A stretch of 63,279 nt of DNA, filler included, from Dugesia japonica (GCA_001938525.1; 5 parts of 5 records of this genome joined end to end with filler, not necessarily neighbours in it); one strand, 5' to 3'; positions 26,425 to 39,339 are shown, numbered from the whole stretch's first letter. Notes: a model not told the origin generated them from the sequence alone. A program made the numbers and translations.

Positions 26425-26739
26425 GTCGCTTTTAGTTTGTTCTTTTAAATCTTGAAGTGCTTCTTCGCCTCTTTTTCTGTCTCGACAAACCATATGTATA
26501 GTTGCACCTAGTTTAGATAGATAAGTAGCGGATGATTTTCCTAATCCACTATTAGCACCTGTTATCATACACACTTTATCCGATAAATCTACATTCAAAT
26601 CTTCAAGATTAAAAGATTTACAAGCTGCTTCATATCCATTTCTAAAATATAATTACAAAAAGGAAAAATTATCGTTGTATTACTTTGTATATTCTTTAAG
26701 GCCCTTTAAATACCATGTCACTTTACGGTAGAAACTCAT
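26425..26739 (-). CDS. DHRS12: Dehydrogenase/reductase SDR family member 12, exon 1 (26739-26684) and exon 2 (26641-26425); 3' exons not found
   Basis: MSFYRKVTWYLKGLKEYTK/NGYEAACKSF...VCMITGANSGLGK..GATIHMVCRD, joined across a 42-bp GT-AG intron. Matches the characteristic DHRS12 N-terminus and TGxxxGxG motif. GTAAAT donor after exon 2. Confidence 0.93.
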
Positions 26740-27314
26740 GATAAAATATAGCCAAAGAATTAAAAAGGTAAGTAAAAAATTAAAAATATATTTGAATAAA
26801 TAACTATATTATATTATGTAATAATTTCCAAAGATTAATTTGAAAATTAATTTTAAGTAAATTAATTAACTTTTAAATAATTTGATTATTAAAACAGTTT
26901 ACTTTAAATATTTAAAGTTCTATTAATAAAATTAATTTTTTAATTAAAAATAATAACATTAGATAACGATTAATTATAAATAATTAATAAATCGATAGTT
27001 CTGTTATGTATTTAAAAATAAATTCTTACAGTAGCTATTTCTTTAACATAAATTGAGAGATATAACAAAGCTAATGCATGGCTTTAATATTTTTAAAAAA
27101 GTAATTTTAAATAAAAATAAAGTTCGTCGCGCGCAACTTAAGCTGCTCAAAATGTTGTCCGCTTCTTTAAGTAATATGTTTGGTCTTAACGTGCTTTTGA
27201 TCATCTTGAGAGATCTATAAATATGTCAAGTGAGCTGAGGAACAGTTGTTGCGGGAGAGCTTAGCAAACCACCATGAAGAGAATTAAACGAAACATCCGG
27301 GACGGAATCTTTTC

Positions 27315-27900
27315 GGTAGAGAGAGAAATTTTTTGGGGTGAAACACTTGATATCGAGAAAAGAAGGGAGAACCCATTCGGGATATTTGCAGAAGAATTAC
27401 TCCCGTATAAGTACCACCAAAGAAGAATAACAAAGAAAATGAAAAGCAAATTCAAAAAAGAAATAATGAAGAAAAAGAATTATTTAATCAATTAATAAAA
27501 ATAATCTCAGATGAATTGAAAGGAAAATTAAAATTTATTAGTAACAGCCGATTGAGTATAATGAAGATCGTCACTGAAAATTTTAACTAGAAATTAAAAG
27601 AAAATAACGCAACAATAAAGTAAATCAATCAATTAACTAATTACATAGGAATTCCATTGATTTATTTCAGAAAGCATGATTATAAATAAAACCGCAAGAA
27701 AAAAAATTGGTTTTCTTGGGCAAAAATTGATTGTGTAAGAAAACTTCAGTGTAAAATAAACAGAAGAATCAGAATATTGAAGCTCGAAGACAAGCATCAG
27801 GAAGAAAGCTATTGCAGTTTTACAAGGATCCAATCTGTATATTTTACTATAAATAGTGACAAAAAATTCTGGAAAAAATCTGTAAAATTCTTAGAATGAC
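27315..27900 (+). repeat. Probable PPT plus 3' LTR of the TGTTGGGGTGAAACAC family
   Basis: Purine run AGAGAGAGAAA followed by TTTTGGGGTGAAACAC. Right end not defined. Confidence 0.4.
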
Positions 27901-28780
27901 ATACTAAAAGAACTTTAAAATAGTGTGAAAACAAGTATATAAGCGATCATCAAATTCTCAATTTTTAGTCTAATTTTGACTGAAGACACCTGTGGTAAAA
28001 CACTAGAGAAAGGTAGGAATCTATTAAATATGAGAAATCCTAACGCACTCTTTTTTTGGATTATTTTAAACTTAAGTAATAGATAGAAAAATAGATGATC
28101 GTGCGATAAACCGCCACATGAATTGTTATATGCAAGCCAAACCTGATAATAACAAAGTTTATATGAATAAGAAATTTTTATTTCAATTGATAATCAATAC
28201 ATATAATTATACTATCAAAATTCATACTTGTAATTATAACAGTTTTTGCAACGGAAAAGCAATTTTCGTTCAAATCAATGGTGAGTTTTATTTTCTTGTG
28301 ATTCCAACGCTTTAATTTCAGTTCTCTGAAAGTCTCTGAAAGGTTTTTTTTTGGTTGTCTTATTAAAGCAAATAAAAGGATTGTCTTATCTAGCTATAAA
28401 AGGATTTCATTAAAGTATAATTAACAATTTATTTGTAAACACAAATTTATCAAGACTTGTGTATATTTTCTAATGAAATGAAAACGTTAATTAATAAATT
28501 CAATTTGTCATACATATTGTTAGATGAATGTGGAAAACTCGTCGGATCATCAATATCAGAACTCNAATTCATTACAAGATTTATTAAAACAAAACTACAA
28601 TCATAAATTTGTATTTTCAAAAAAATTTAAAAATTCATATTTCAAAGCGAAAAATATTAAATATCGGCACTTGTTAAATTTTTTAATTTTTAAGCTTTAT
28701 TACCAAATTTTAAAATACTTATTTTTATTTATTTACTTTTATATTTTTTTCTATTCGAAATATTTTTAGTTTTAAAACTC

Positions 28781-29554
28781 TGTTGGGGTGAAACACCCGT
28801 TAAAAGGAATAAGGCCGAAAAGCCCGAATCAACAGAAAAGAATGGTAGGACCACTATATTCACCAATAATGAAAAATAGAAGGTAAAGCATGAAATCACC
28901 ATTAGAAAAGAATGAAATAGAATCAAAGATAAATACGAAGAACCNNNNNNNNNNNNNNNNNNNNNNNNNNNNNNNNNNNNNNNNNNNNNNNNNNCAACTT
29001 ACTATTGGAAATTAAGAAGAATTATTAAATTAATAAAAAAAACAAAGAAAAGCAGTATGGAAAATAATCAATTAACAAAAAAATCTTAATTAATTTTAAA
29101 ATAAAAAAGAAGCAAAATTAGTTAAAATTCTGTTTTACCCGAATAATTCCGTTCAGAAAAATCGGAGAGAATCCGGGCAAGAAAATACGGAAAGAAAGTA
29201 ANAAGACGCATCAAAATCGCCAGGAAGAAAAATCTTACCACATCCAGAAGGTTGCTGCAGGGTCTCCAAGATTGGGCCAATGAGAAACCTAAAAATAAAA
29301 ATAAAACAAAGACACAATTGTCATGTATCATTCCAAAAATAGGCACCAATGGAATACCAAAAAATCTGCAAAAAACTCTGAAAATTGGCATCAACGCGAA
29401 TAGAAATGGATTAATTCAAACTAAAAATAATCGACCAACAAGAACCCAGTCGGGGTGCAAACCAAAATCCTATATAAACCGCGGAAATCGTAGTAGAGAA
29501 AAAACACAAAAAAAATTTTTTTTAGACACTTTAACTTTTGAACGAAATTATCAC
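28781..29554 (+). repeat. LTR-like repeat starting TGTTGGGGTGAAACACCC
   Basis: Same 18-nt start as the minus-strand copy ending at 32083. TATATAA at 29471. Possible end ...TATCACA; no TSD found. Confidence 0.45.
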
Positions 29555-31752
29555 AATTAGTTATTTGTTGACTGTCTCCATTATTTGGAAACATAAAAAT
29601 TCAAGGTTGGACGAATCAAGTAAACCCCTTACATTGGACACTGACCGAACTTCTTAGAGAAAATTGTATCGGTAATTGGACAATGGAAAAGTTATCAGAC
29701 GAACGAGGAAAAAAATTGTTGAATATATTTGTTCGAATCCCGCAATTCTCGGAATCTCGTAAATCATCCTTTTGCAGAAATTCAGCGTTCGATTTAAAAG
29801 TAAATCTTATTTTATGATTCATGTTATAAATGTTGGTATTTGTCCTGTACTAATAAATGATCTTTAAACCAAATTAATATAAAGTAAACAACTAAACTAA
29901 AATAAAGATTTCAATAATTTTCTCTTTATTTATTTTCACTAAATAACTCATAGCTTCAATGATTTATAATGTTGGTATCTGACAGATGCTATTAGATGTT
30001 TTTTTCATCAAATTATTAAAAATTGAACAAATAAATTAAATAAAGATTTCAACAATTCGTTTTTATTTATTTTCAGTAAATAACCTACCGTTTCAGGCGG
30101 AGATTGTAGTTATCCCAGAAAAGTAGACGGATGAGCATGATAAATCCCGTAATTAAGAAAATATCCTCGAATTATTTGATCGTTTATTACAAAGTCATAA
30201 TATTTAGAATTCCCAACAGAGATAATTTATTAATCACCACGGAGAGTTCTTCACTCCACGGCATTGGAGAGAAAGAATTCTGACTCATTTGTTAGCTAAT
30301 TTTGAACCCAGATTTAATGATATTAAAATATCAGACATAACCCCTTGCTAATGACAGACACCCCGGAATCCAGCATCATGCCTGTGTGCGTAACGAGACA
30401 TGAAAAATTCAGTATTGCTACAAGTCCATATGACTAGTGTATCCAGCATATCCCTAACGGGTGTGTGCAATTTTTCAGACATATATATTCCTGCCGATAC
30501 CTGAACTGCTAGTGTATGTTTCAAGTTAGCATAGCCGATAATGAGAGAGTTCAGATCATTATCACGATAATGCTATAATTATTAATATTCAAGTTATTAT
30601 CACCTCCACTAGCTTCTACTAGTATCCTAAAGGTTAATCCCAGTAATCCCATCATTGTTTCATTTTTTGCTGGTATGATTAGTATGTCAATTTTTTTAAG
30701 CTATTATTTATTTATAATACGGTACTATTAAGAACCTTATTGGAACTTTGCTCCTATGATTATGCACATTCGATTTAATGATTAATATTAAATGCGACCC
30801 GGCATGTTATTATAATTGCCAATAATGTCTTCCTAACTATTTTCCACTAATGTCCGTATTTCATTATGTCTATACCTACTAATCTACCTACTACTTCAAT
30901 TAATACCTGTATTATCATTCCTGCTTTTAGGAGTTACGAATGTTACTGCTAAGATCATTATTATTACTGATACCTAGATTAGTATTCTGCTCGTGTTTAT
31001 AAGTATTATTTTTATGTAACGAATAGCTTGCCGTTCTAATAATATCCCTTGTAAGTACCACCAACCATATTGACAGGATATCATTACTGCCACATCTATA
31101 AGAATAATTTTAAATAAATAAATATAATTTCTGGGTAGTGTCGTTATGGTATACCCGATTATAAAATGTTTCCTCTACCAAATCACTATGGGGTAGTGAC
31201 TTTGGGTAATAATCTTCACTTGAATCTTNGCAATCGCCATCCTGTTCTGGGGAGATTAAACCACAACGAATTTTTTTGTGCTCATGTCCNCTTTCAATCA
31301 CTAACAACAAACCGGCCTTTAGCGCTGAATGAAAAGTCAGCACATTATATCAATTTCATCTGTAGTAGTTAAAAAAGAGAGTTTCCCCACCTTGTTAATC
31401 ATGTAAGCTTCTAGCATTTTTATTTTAGATTATGCCAACGGAATTAGCATGGGCTCTGAAAACGATTTCAGTTCAGCGGCGAAATTCCCGATTAAAACAA
31501 TTAATCGGACATTATTTGTTCCCAAAACTCGTAGAACATCCTGACGAGACGGACCTTTGCTGTTTCGCGGAGATGTTCCCCTTCGAGGTGCCAGTAGATA
31601 TAGATTAGGAAAGTATGCCTCCTTAAGCGCGAGTGCAAACCATCAATCACTGTTACTTGTTAACAATAACCTTGCGAATTGAATAATTATATTTTGTTAC
31701 TGATTTCGGTTTTCATTAATTAATCTAAAAAGAAAAATTCTATATATTATAT

Positions 31753-31852
31753 NNNNNNNNNNNNNNNNNNNNNNNNNNNNNNNNNNNNNNNNNNNNTTAA
31801 TTAATTAANNNNNNNNNNNNNNNNNNNNNNNNNNNNNNNNNNNNNNNNNNNN
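31753..31852. other. Artificial scaffold spacer
   Basis: 44N + TTAATTAATTAA + 44N. Confidence 0.95.
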
Positions 31853-32083
31853 TTACTTTTTGTTTAAAATTAATTAATTTTTGTATTAATTAATTATTTT
31901 TATAATATTTTCTCCTTGATAATTCTGTTTTATTTATTAATTTTTTCTTGATTAATGATCAGATGCCGCTTCTATTTACCTTGTATCCGCCTTATTTTAA
32001 CTTCATTTCTTTTTTATGGTTGTTTTTATCGTTTTATTTCTTTCTTCGGTTTGTTCACCACTTAGTGGGTGTTTCACCCCAAC
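31853..32083 (-). repeat. LTR-like repeat 5' part (TGTTGGGGTGAAACACCC), cut by the spacer
   Basis: 18-nt identity with 28781-28798, followed by a similar A-rich body. Confidence 0.45.
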
Positions 32084-33093
32084 ACTATAATTTTTACTAA
32101 ATCACAACAGAATTGAATGTAATTGTTAAACTGAATCCTTGCCATTGATCCCGATGGATTTGTGAATAATTGTTAGATTGGATCCCAAGCTAGATCCCAA
32201 AAACATGTTTTTAAATTCTTTGCAAAAAAAATATTTAAAAAATTTCAAAACTATATTTTAATTTTATTATAATGAGGAGTTTCTTGATTGTTTCAAAGTT
32301 TTCCATTTTACTGAAGGCTGTTCAAAATATCGTTTTTTGTAAGTTGTAGTTTCTATAAAGAAGTTTATAAAATTGTTTCGAAACTAAATATATTTAATAT
32401 TTGCAATATTTAACTCCCTTCATAAGTGAAAAGTCGATCAAGAAAGAAATATGTCAAAGGGCAAAACACGTGAAAGTTAAATGGAGCAAGATCAGCATGT
32501 TGGGGAAGGACATCAATTCCTGTCACTTCTTTTAGATTCTATTTTACCTTTCAGAAAGTATGGGCTGGGCATTATCTAAAGTGTCGTGGGTTGAAGATGA
32601 ATTCGTAGTTAAGATCAAATAGACGTTTAGCTTGTTATGGGTTCTAAACTCAGAAAATATCAAAAAGAAATGTTTCTAATTTAAAAAATACTGATTATAT
32701 TAAAATAACATTATATTATAATAAATTATAATTTTAATTATGGTTATAATTCAGTATTTTTTGCATTTGAAAAATAAATTTTGTAGTATTATTGAATTTT
32801 AAATTCCTTAAATAAATACGATTTTTAATTAAAGAAATAAAATTAATAAATTAAAGATTGTAATAATTTTACAATCAAAAATGTTTATGTAAATATTAAT
32901 ATTAGGAAATGAAATTTAAAACTTTAATATTTCATTTAAAATAAGCAAAGGTAAAAAATTAATTGACTTTATTTGGAAGTTTGTTTGATTAATGCGCATT
33001 TTAGATGGTTTTTCAACATTTTAATAGTATGGATATATTACTTTTTTATATGCTATAATTTATTTAATGGGACTTTAAATTTAGATTTTCATA

Positions 33094-36000
33094 ATGAATT
33101 GTCCAATTTGTTTAAAGCTTAATGTTTATAATGAAATTGTTGTGTTACCTGGGGTATACATGTGTAAAAATGAAATGTGTAATTATTGTGAAGATATTGA
33201 TAGTTTTGAAAATTCAAATGAGTATGGAACTTGTGAAATTACAGAAAATTATGTGAGTAATACTGAATTTCTATATAGTGAAAATGATATCTTCAAAGAT
33301 CAAGAAATGCATGAAAAATCAAACGAATTATATAGTTTGCTCAATACCAATTCAAATATTGATATTTCAACACTTGAATTTGAAAATACTTGTAATGAGT
33401 TATTTAATTCAAATTTTGGTGGTTCAAGTTTTGAAGCCTGCACGTTGGAAAATTCTAATGAGACCGTTTATACGAATTCAATGTATAATGAAATTTTAAA
33501 ATCGCCAAAATTTGATATTTTCAATACTTACAATGACTCAAAATCCGAAATGGTAAGCAAAATTTTGTCAGCAAATAATTTAAATAATATAAATAACCAC
33601 CATAAAAACAAGATTTTTAATTGGCTACGAATGCCGAATTCTTTTAATACCGAATGCAAAATAATACGGATTCTACTATTGTATTTAGATATTTTCAAAA
33701 TCGACGATAATAGGCTGAATGAACTAAAATACGAATACACAGGGATAGAAATCTTTGGTAAAAACCTTTGTAAAGATAAATTAAAACCATTATGCTACAA
33801 TTTAATGGAAAAACTATTTGATATTATTTATGAGAGTAATCTAGAAAATAGTGCAAAATTTGGTTATGAAGCAGTATTAGGAATTCTTTCTAGTTTATTT
33901 GATAAATATGATTTGTCAGATAAATTAGAATTAAAATATATTTCCGTAGATTCGTGTTCATCGTGTGGCTTTGTAAATAAGTTAAAATCAAGCAATTATT
34001 TCTTGAAAATGGAACGTTTTGTTAAAATCAAAGAAAATAAATTTTTTTGTAAATCGGTTTGTTTGAAATGCAACAGTAAATCTAGAAAGAGAATTTCTTT
34101 GAAAAGTGTTCCAGAGTTTCTTGTATTTTATTGTCCTGACGGCTTGGAAAAGGATATTAATATTTACGAAAATCAAATCAAAACTATGGATAATCGGCAA
34201 CTGTTCCCGGTAGCAGTTGTAGAATATGGATCCGCATCTGAAGCAAGAAAAGATTGTCTGCTAACCCGTGAGCTTTATGAAATATCGAATAAATCTGTGG
34301 ATTCAAGGCCAAGTTCAAATTATTGCGTTCACTTTCGAAATAAAAGTATGTATTTATCATCATTACAAGTTGCTGACAAAATTATTGATTTTCACAATTA
34401 GTCTAAATTCTGACCGCGAATTGCACCGACCGTATAGTCGTCGTCAGGTAAATATAAAATCATAATCCCGGTTTATTTTACTAATCTATGTTTTTTTTAC
34501 CTGTAGACACGTTCCATGATAGGGAGACAAGTGTAAATTCTACAGAAAATTTATCTTTATTGTGGTAAATAAGTTGATAGTTTAGAATTTGTCAGTAGTG
34601 TGACTCAGGTAAACAAAATTTTGATAATGCAATTATTTTAATTAAAACAGGGAATTAATTTTGGGAGATTAATTATTTTCCTTCCGATATACTTTTAAAT
34701 GTCTAAATCAGCGGTTCATAACCTTTCAGTAAATTTAATATTTGTAAATGGAATAATAACTCGATCGAAACAAGTGTTTCCTTTTAAATTTGAACATATT
34801 CAATACGAATGGAGCTTCGATTCCATTAACCGCTATCAGTTAACAGTTTTGATTAATTTTTTATCAGTGTTGGCCACAGTTTGTGACTCCACTGAACCCT
34901 GGAAACACAGTTATTTCATCGTAGCGTAACCCGCCCCTTTTCAACACATTATTAAATGCGATCAGTAATGGATTTGTCCGGTAAATTGAAATTGACCTAT
35001 AGAAATATCTTCAGTTTATTCTACTAAATTCTTTCTAGGGTTCCCCTGACCACACTTTGAACAACACTGATACATATATCGCCTGGTTCAGAGGTTCTCA
35101 ACTAGGGGTCTACCGATATCAGGGTGTCGGAAGTATCGGTAGCGTGTATAGGTCCCGATATTTCATAATAAGTAACATTTTGACCAAAAAATGCAGTGTA
35201 TGCCCAACTACACTAATATTAGGGAATTTATGGTGGCCTCAAATTTGTGGATTCCAATGCGAAATATATAATCTAGTATTAGCATCAGGATTGGAATGTT
35301 TTTTAGGATGCTTAGAGTTTGGATATGACTACTGGTTTTTGTCATAACAAATATTCATATCGGTAGACCCCTGTTCTCAACCTGTGGTAGGCATACTGCC
35401 AGGGTACGTCAGTGTTCACATGATAATGACGGATAATTACAAAAGAAGTATTTATTAACAATCGTTATTATTCAAAGGAAACATAAGTTTTAACACTTAT
35501 TAATAATATCAACATTTTCTCAATAAAGTTTATCGTTTGCTGGTATTACAGGCCCTAGTTAATATCTTTGGTGTAGGACAAAGAGTCCTCGAACTTTTTG
35601 TCCGGGGACTATTTATTCGTAGACTTTTGGCCTGGGGACTATTTATCCAGAAACTTTATGTTTAGGGACTTTTTATCCAGAGACTTTTTGTCCTAGAAAT
35701 ATTTATTAGTATACTTTTTGTCTGGGGACTATTTATTCATAGACTTTGTCTGGGGACTATTTATTCAGAGACTTTGTCTGGGGACTATTTATCCATAGAC
35801 TTTGTCTGGGGACTATTTATTCATAGACTTTGTCTGGGGACTATTTATTCAGAGACTTTGTCTGGGGACTATTTATCCATAGACTTTGTCTGGGGACTAT
35901 TTATTCATAGACTTTGTCTGGGGACTATTTATTCATAGACTTTGTCTGGGGACTATTTATCCATAGACTTTGTCTGGGGACTATTTATTCAGAGACTTTG

Positions 36001-37824
36001 TCTGGGGACTATTTATTCGTAGACTTTTGTCCGAGAAATATTTATTAGTATACTTTTTGTCTGGGACTTTTTATCCAGAAAATTTGTGTCCTGGGACTAT
36101 GGATTCGTAGACTTTTGACCTGGGGACTATTTATCTAGAAACATTTTGTTTGGGACTTTTTATCCAGAGACTTTTTGTCCGAGAAATATTTATTCGTATA
36201 ATTTTTGTCTGGGAACTATCAATCCAGAGACTTTTTGCCTGGGGACTATTTATTCGTAGACTTTTTGTCTGGGGACTATTTATCCAGAGACTTTTTGTCT
36301 AGGGACTATTTATTCGTAGACTTTTGTCCGAGAAATATTTATTAGTATACTTTTTGTCTGGGACTTTTTATCCAGAAAATTTGTGTCCGAGAAATATTTA
36401 TTCGTTTAATTTTTGTCTGGGGAATATTTATCCAGTGACTTATTGTACGGAACTATTTGTCTGGGGACTATTTATCCAGTGACTTATTGTACGGAACTNN
36501 NNNNNNNNNNNNNNNNNNNNNNNNNNNNNNNNNNNNNNNNNNNNNNNNNNNNNNNNNNNNNNNNNNNNNNNNNNNNNNNGACTTATTGTACGGAACTATT
36601 TGTCTGGGGAATATTTATCCAGAGACTTATTGTACGGAACTATTTGTCTGGGGAATATTTGTCCAGAGACTTATTGTACGGAACTATTTGTCTGGGGANN
36701 NNNNNNNNAGAGACTTATTGTACGGAACTATTTGTCTGGGGACTATTTGTCCAGAGACTTATTGTACGGAACTATTTGTCTGGGTAAAATTTGTCCAGAA
36801 ACGTTTTGCACGGGAACTTCTTATTCAGGGATTTTTTGTCTGTGGTTCGTTCAAAACTATAATTGTTTATCACTAACCAATAAGTAGGAAATTATAAAAA
36901 ATTCCGAATAGAAAAATAAAAACAATGGAATTCAGAATAGAATCGAATTCAAAGAATTTTAGAAATATAAGCCCCAATGTTACCAAGTGAACGGAATTTT
37001 AAAAAATGATTGCAGAAATTTTTTTTTGTGTTTTTTCTAAAATCTTATATTTGAAAAATATTTTCAATTAGATAAATTTAATTAGCCAAATTTCACCAAT
37101 TCAGTTTAAGATTTTTAAATAAAATTGATAGTTACCTTGTGATATTCTTAATCTCCTGTTTTCAGATGGATGGTACAGTCTTAACGATTTAGCCCCGGTT
37201 CTTGTTAAACCAACGCCGCATTTATCCACCAATAATGATAAAGACGTAAGATTGGTGGTATTCGGAACAAACACCGATTCAAATATTTTTTATGAGGGAT
37301 TTTCTTTGAAGGAATTTATCAAGAAAAACAAAGATTATTTATCGAAAGAAGTGGTGGAAACGTGTAAATCATCTGAATTGAAGAACTATTGCAATGATTT
37401 GATTGAAGAATTTAATTCCAAGCAAAAAACTAGAAAGGTTTGTAGAAAGAGAATAAAAAATGTGTGTAAACGAAACAAGAAACCAGTGGACAGGATCGAT
37501 TTAGATAGGGATGATAGTGTCACAGATTTTTCCCAACTGTCCCTTAATAAAACAACCGGAGAAATTAATTACTCACCAATTACTCAATCAGATAGATTAT
37601 CCAATACAAATGCAGCATCCTCCTCTGGTGTTTCGTCGTCTTCGTCGTTATTTGACACTGAGCATTTTTCACAGGAACTAGTTGTTCCAGCAGACCCATT
37701 ACACAATACAGCTAATCTCAATAATCCAGTACGAATTATTGAACTCCGAAAACGTCCGCTTAATTTAATCGATGATTTAATAAATATGCAGTGTCAAAAA
37801 TTGAAGAAAAAATCGAAGCGTTAA
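33094..37824 (+). CDS. USPL1: Divergent USPL1-like (peptidase C98, SUMO isopeptidase family) protein; exons 33094-34345 and 37166-37824, 636 aa
   Basis: N-terminal CPIC...YMCKNEMC motif; PNSFNTECKIIRIL Cys-box; CSSCG; CLKCNSKSRKRISLKSVPEFLVFYCPDGL (compare USPL1 C..CNSKSQIRKM.LEKV..IFMLHFVEGL). Phase-1 splice A|GTATGT...TTTTCAG|AT gives RNKNGWYSLNDL...VRLVVF, open to TAA 37824. Confidence 0.75.
34865..35069. mobile_element. Old Buster/Charlie-like hAT MITE
   Basis: Imperfect TIRs CAGTGTTGGCCACAG / CTTTGAACAACACTG. TSD not preserved. Confidence 0.5.
35103..35373. mobile_element. hAT-type MITE inserted into the TIR of another hAT element
   Basis: 17-bp TIR TAGGGGTCTACCGATAT / ATATCGGTAGACCCCTG. 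Perfect 8-bp TSD TTCTCAAC (35095-102 and 35374-81). Confidence 0.92.
35590..36845. repeat. Compound minisatellite (14-15-bp monomer; 28-30-bp and 44-bp higher-order units)
   Basis: TTTGTCTGGGGAC-TATTTATTCATAGAC units, then TTATTGTACGGAAC-TATTTGTCTGGGGAA-TATTTATCCAGAGAC units. Confidence 0.95.
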
Positions 37825-38589
37825 AATTGTACAGATTTGTCTATTTTTAAATATAATTTTTCAAGGGAGTCTTGGAAATTTTTCATTTAATTAATTTGTT
37901 CATTTTTGCAAATTTAATTAATGAATTTATTAACATAAATATTTATTTTATCTGTTTGAGTATTTATATTTTCAATTATTGATTTTTACTCTGTTTGGTT
38001 GATGTTTGACTTATGATTGTAATATATTGAGAAAAAATACCGAGGGATAGTGTTTCGATGGTTAAAAATTTATCCAACTCATATGATAGAAAGTAGAATA
38101 ATAATAAATCGGTTCTTTAATTAATTTCTTGCTTCAAAACTAGTTCGAAAATCGATGAATTGATCACTAGTGAGTGCATGTTTATTAATCTAACAGTACA
38201 ATTTCAAGGAAAACGTTGAATTCTAATATAGAAGGATAACATTTGTGGCTTGTAAACAATCTCAATGAAACTGGTAATTACTGTGAAAATTTGCAGTTAA
38301 GTATTTATAATTTGTATTTTGTTATTTCTGTAATAATTTTTACATTAGAAAAATGGTTTTTGTTTTATCATTCTCTTTCAATTGGAAGTTCAATTAGATG
38401 ATAGCATAATGGTTAGTCGAATTTCAACAAGTATTGTAGGAGTAGTGGAATTTTTAGATATTTTCTGCTTTCAATTGATTAAAATGAGAATTGAAGGAAA
38501 ACATTTGTAATTTTAGAGGCGAATTTCAGTAGGCATATTAGTAAAGGGGGACGTTGGAAAAAGGCGTGTAATAGTATAAATTGAAATGA

Positions 38590-39185
38590 GGATCGGTAGT
38601 TGGAAGAATTTTGCAGAAACAAAGTGGGGGTATTTATAGCAAATAAGTTGTATGTAGGAAAAACAAATCTATTTAAGCATATAATAGCGTTGAAAGGAAG
38701 TACAATTAATGTAAAACCACATAGACAACTTATGAATTTGTTAGGTAAAATCAGAAAGTTGTTTGAGATCAGTATCATAATGAAATGCAATTCACAATGG
38801 AACACTATTGGTTTGCATTTGTAAAAAGGATGAGAGGGATATAAGATTATGTTTAGACTTAGGGATGTTGAAAGCTATAACGGAGAAACAGGCATTTTCT
38901 ATTGATGAAATTTAGATACTCTGAATGAATTAGCATATTTTTAGCTCGATAAACTTGGGGAATATGTGTTACCAAGTGTAATTTATAGCAGAGTCATAGG
39001 AAAATACAGGTTATCCACAAAGCAAGGTCAGTATTTGTCAACAGGATGCCTTTTAGCATTTCGGCGTCCCAGAAAATTATGGTGAATTATTGGATGACTA
39101 AAGATGGCATTAGTAAACTTAGATGATATCGATATTTTCAAATAGTTAGGAAGAACATTATGGAGTAACTAAGAAAATGTTGACT
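38590..39185 (+). mobile_element. Ty3/Gypsy RT remnant
   Basis: VGKTNLFKHII, INVKPHRQ, CNSQWN, KKDERDIRLCLD, IDEILDTL, RMPF, NLDDI. Heavily frameshifted. Confidence 0.8.
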
Positions 39186-39339
39186 AGTCGTATCTTTGAG
39201 GTTTAATGTGGAAGACTTCATTATAGACTACGTTGTGAGGGAATTGTCGGTCATTTTATGTGATTGTGAAATTTTTCCTTTAATATCATTTCCGTCGCGA
39301 GCACGCGAAAAGTGGCATATAGTTGGCTGTGACCGAATA

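Noticed and set aside
35057-35347. 96-aa ORF
   Set aside because: Lies across nested MITEs with TIRs and a TSD; no coding signature.
36413-36887. Overlapping repeat-peptide ORFs, or a CRISPR-like array
   Set aside because: 44-bp tandem units with no unique spacers; eukaryotic intronic minisatellite.
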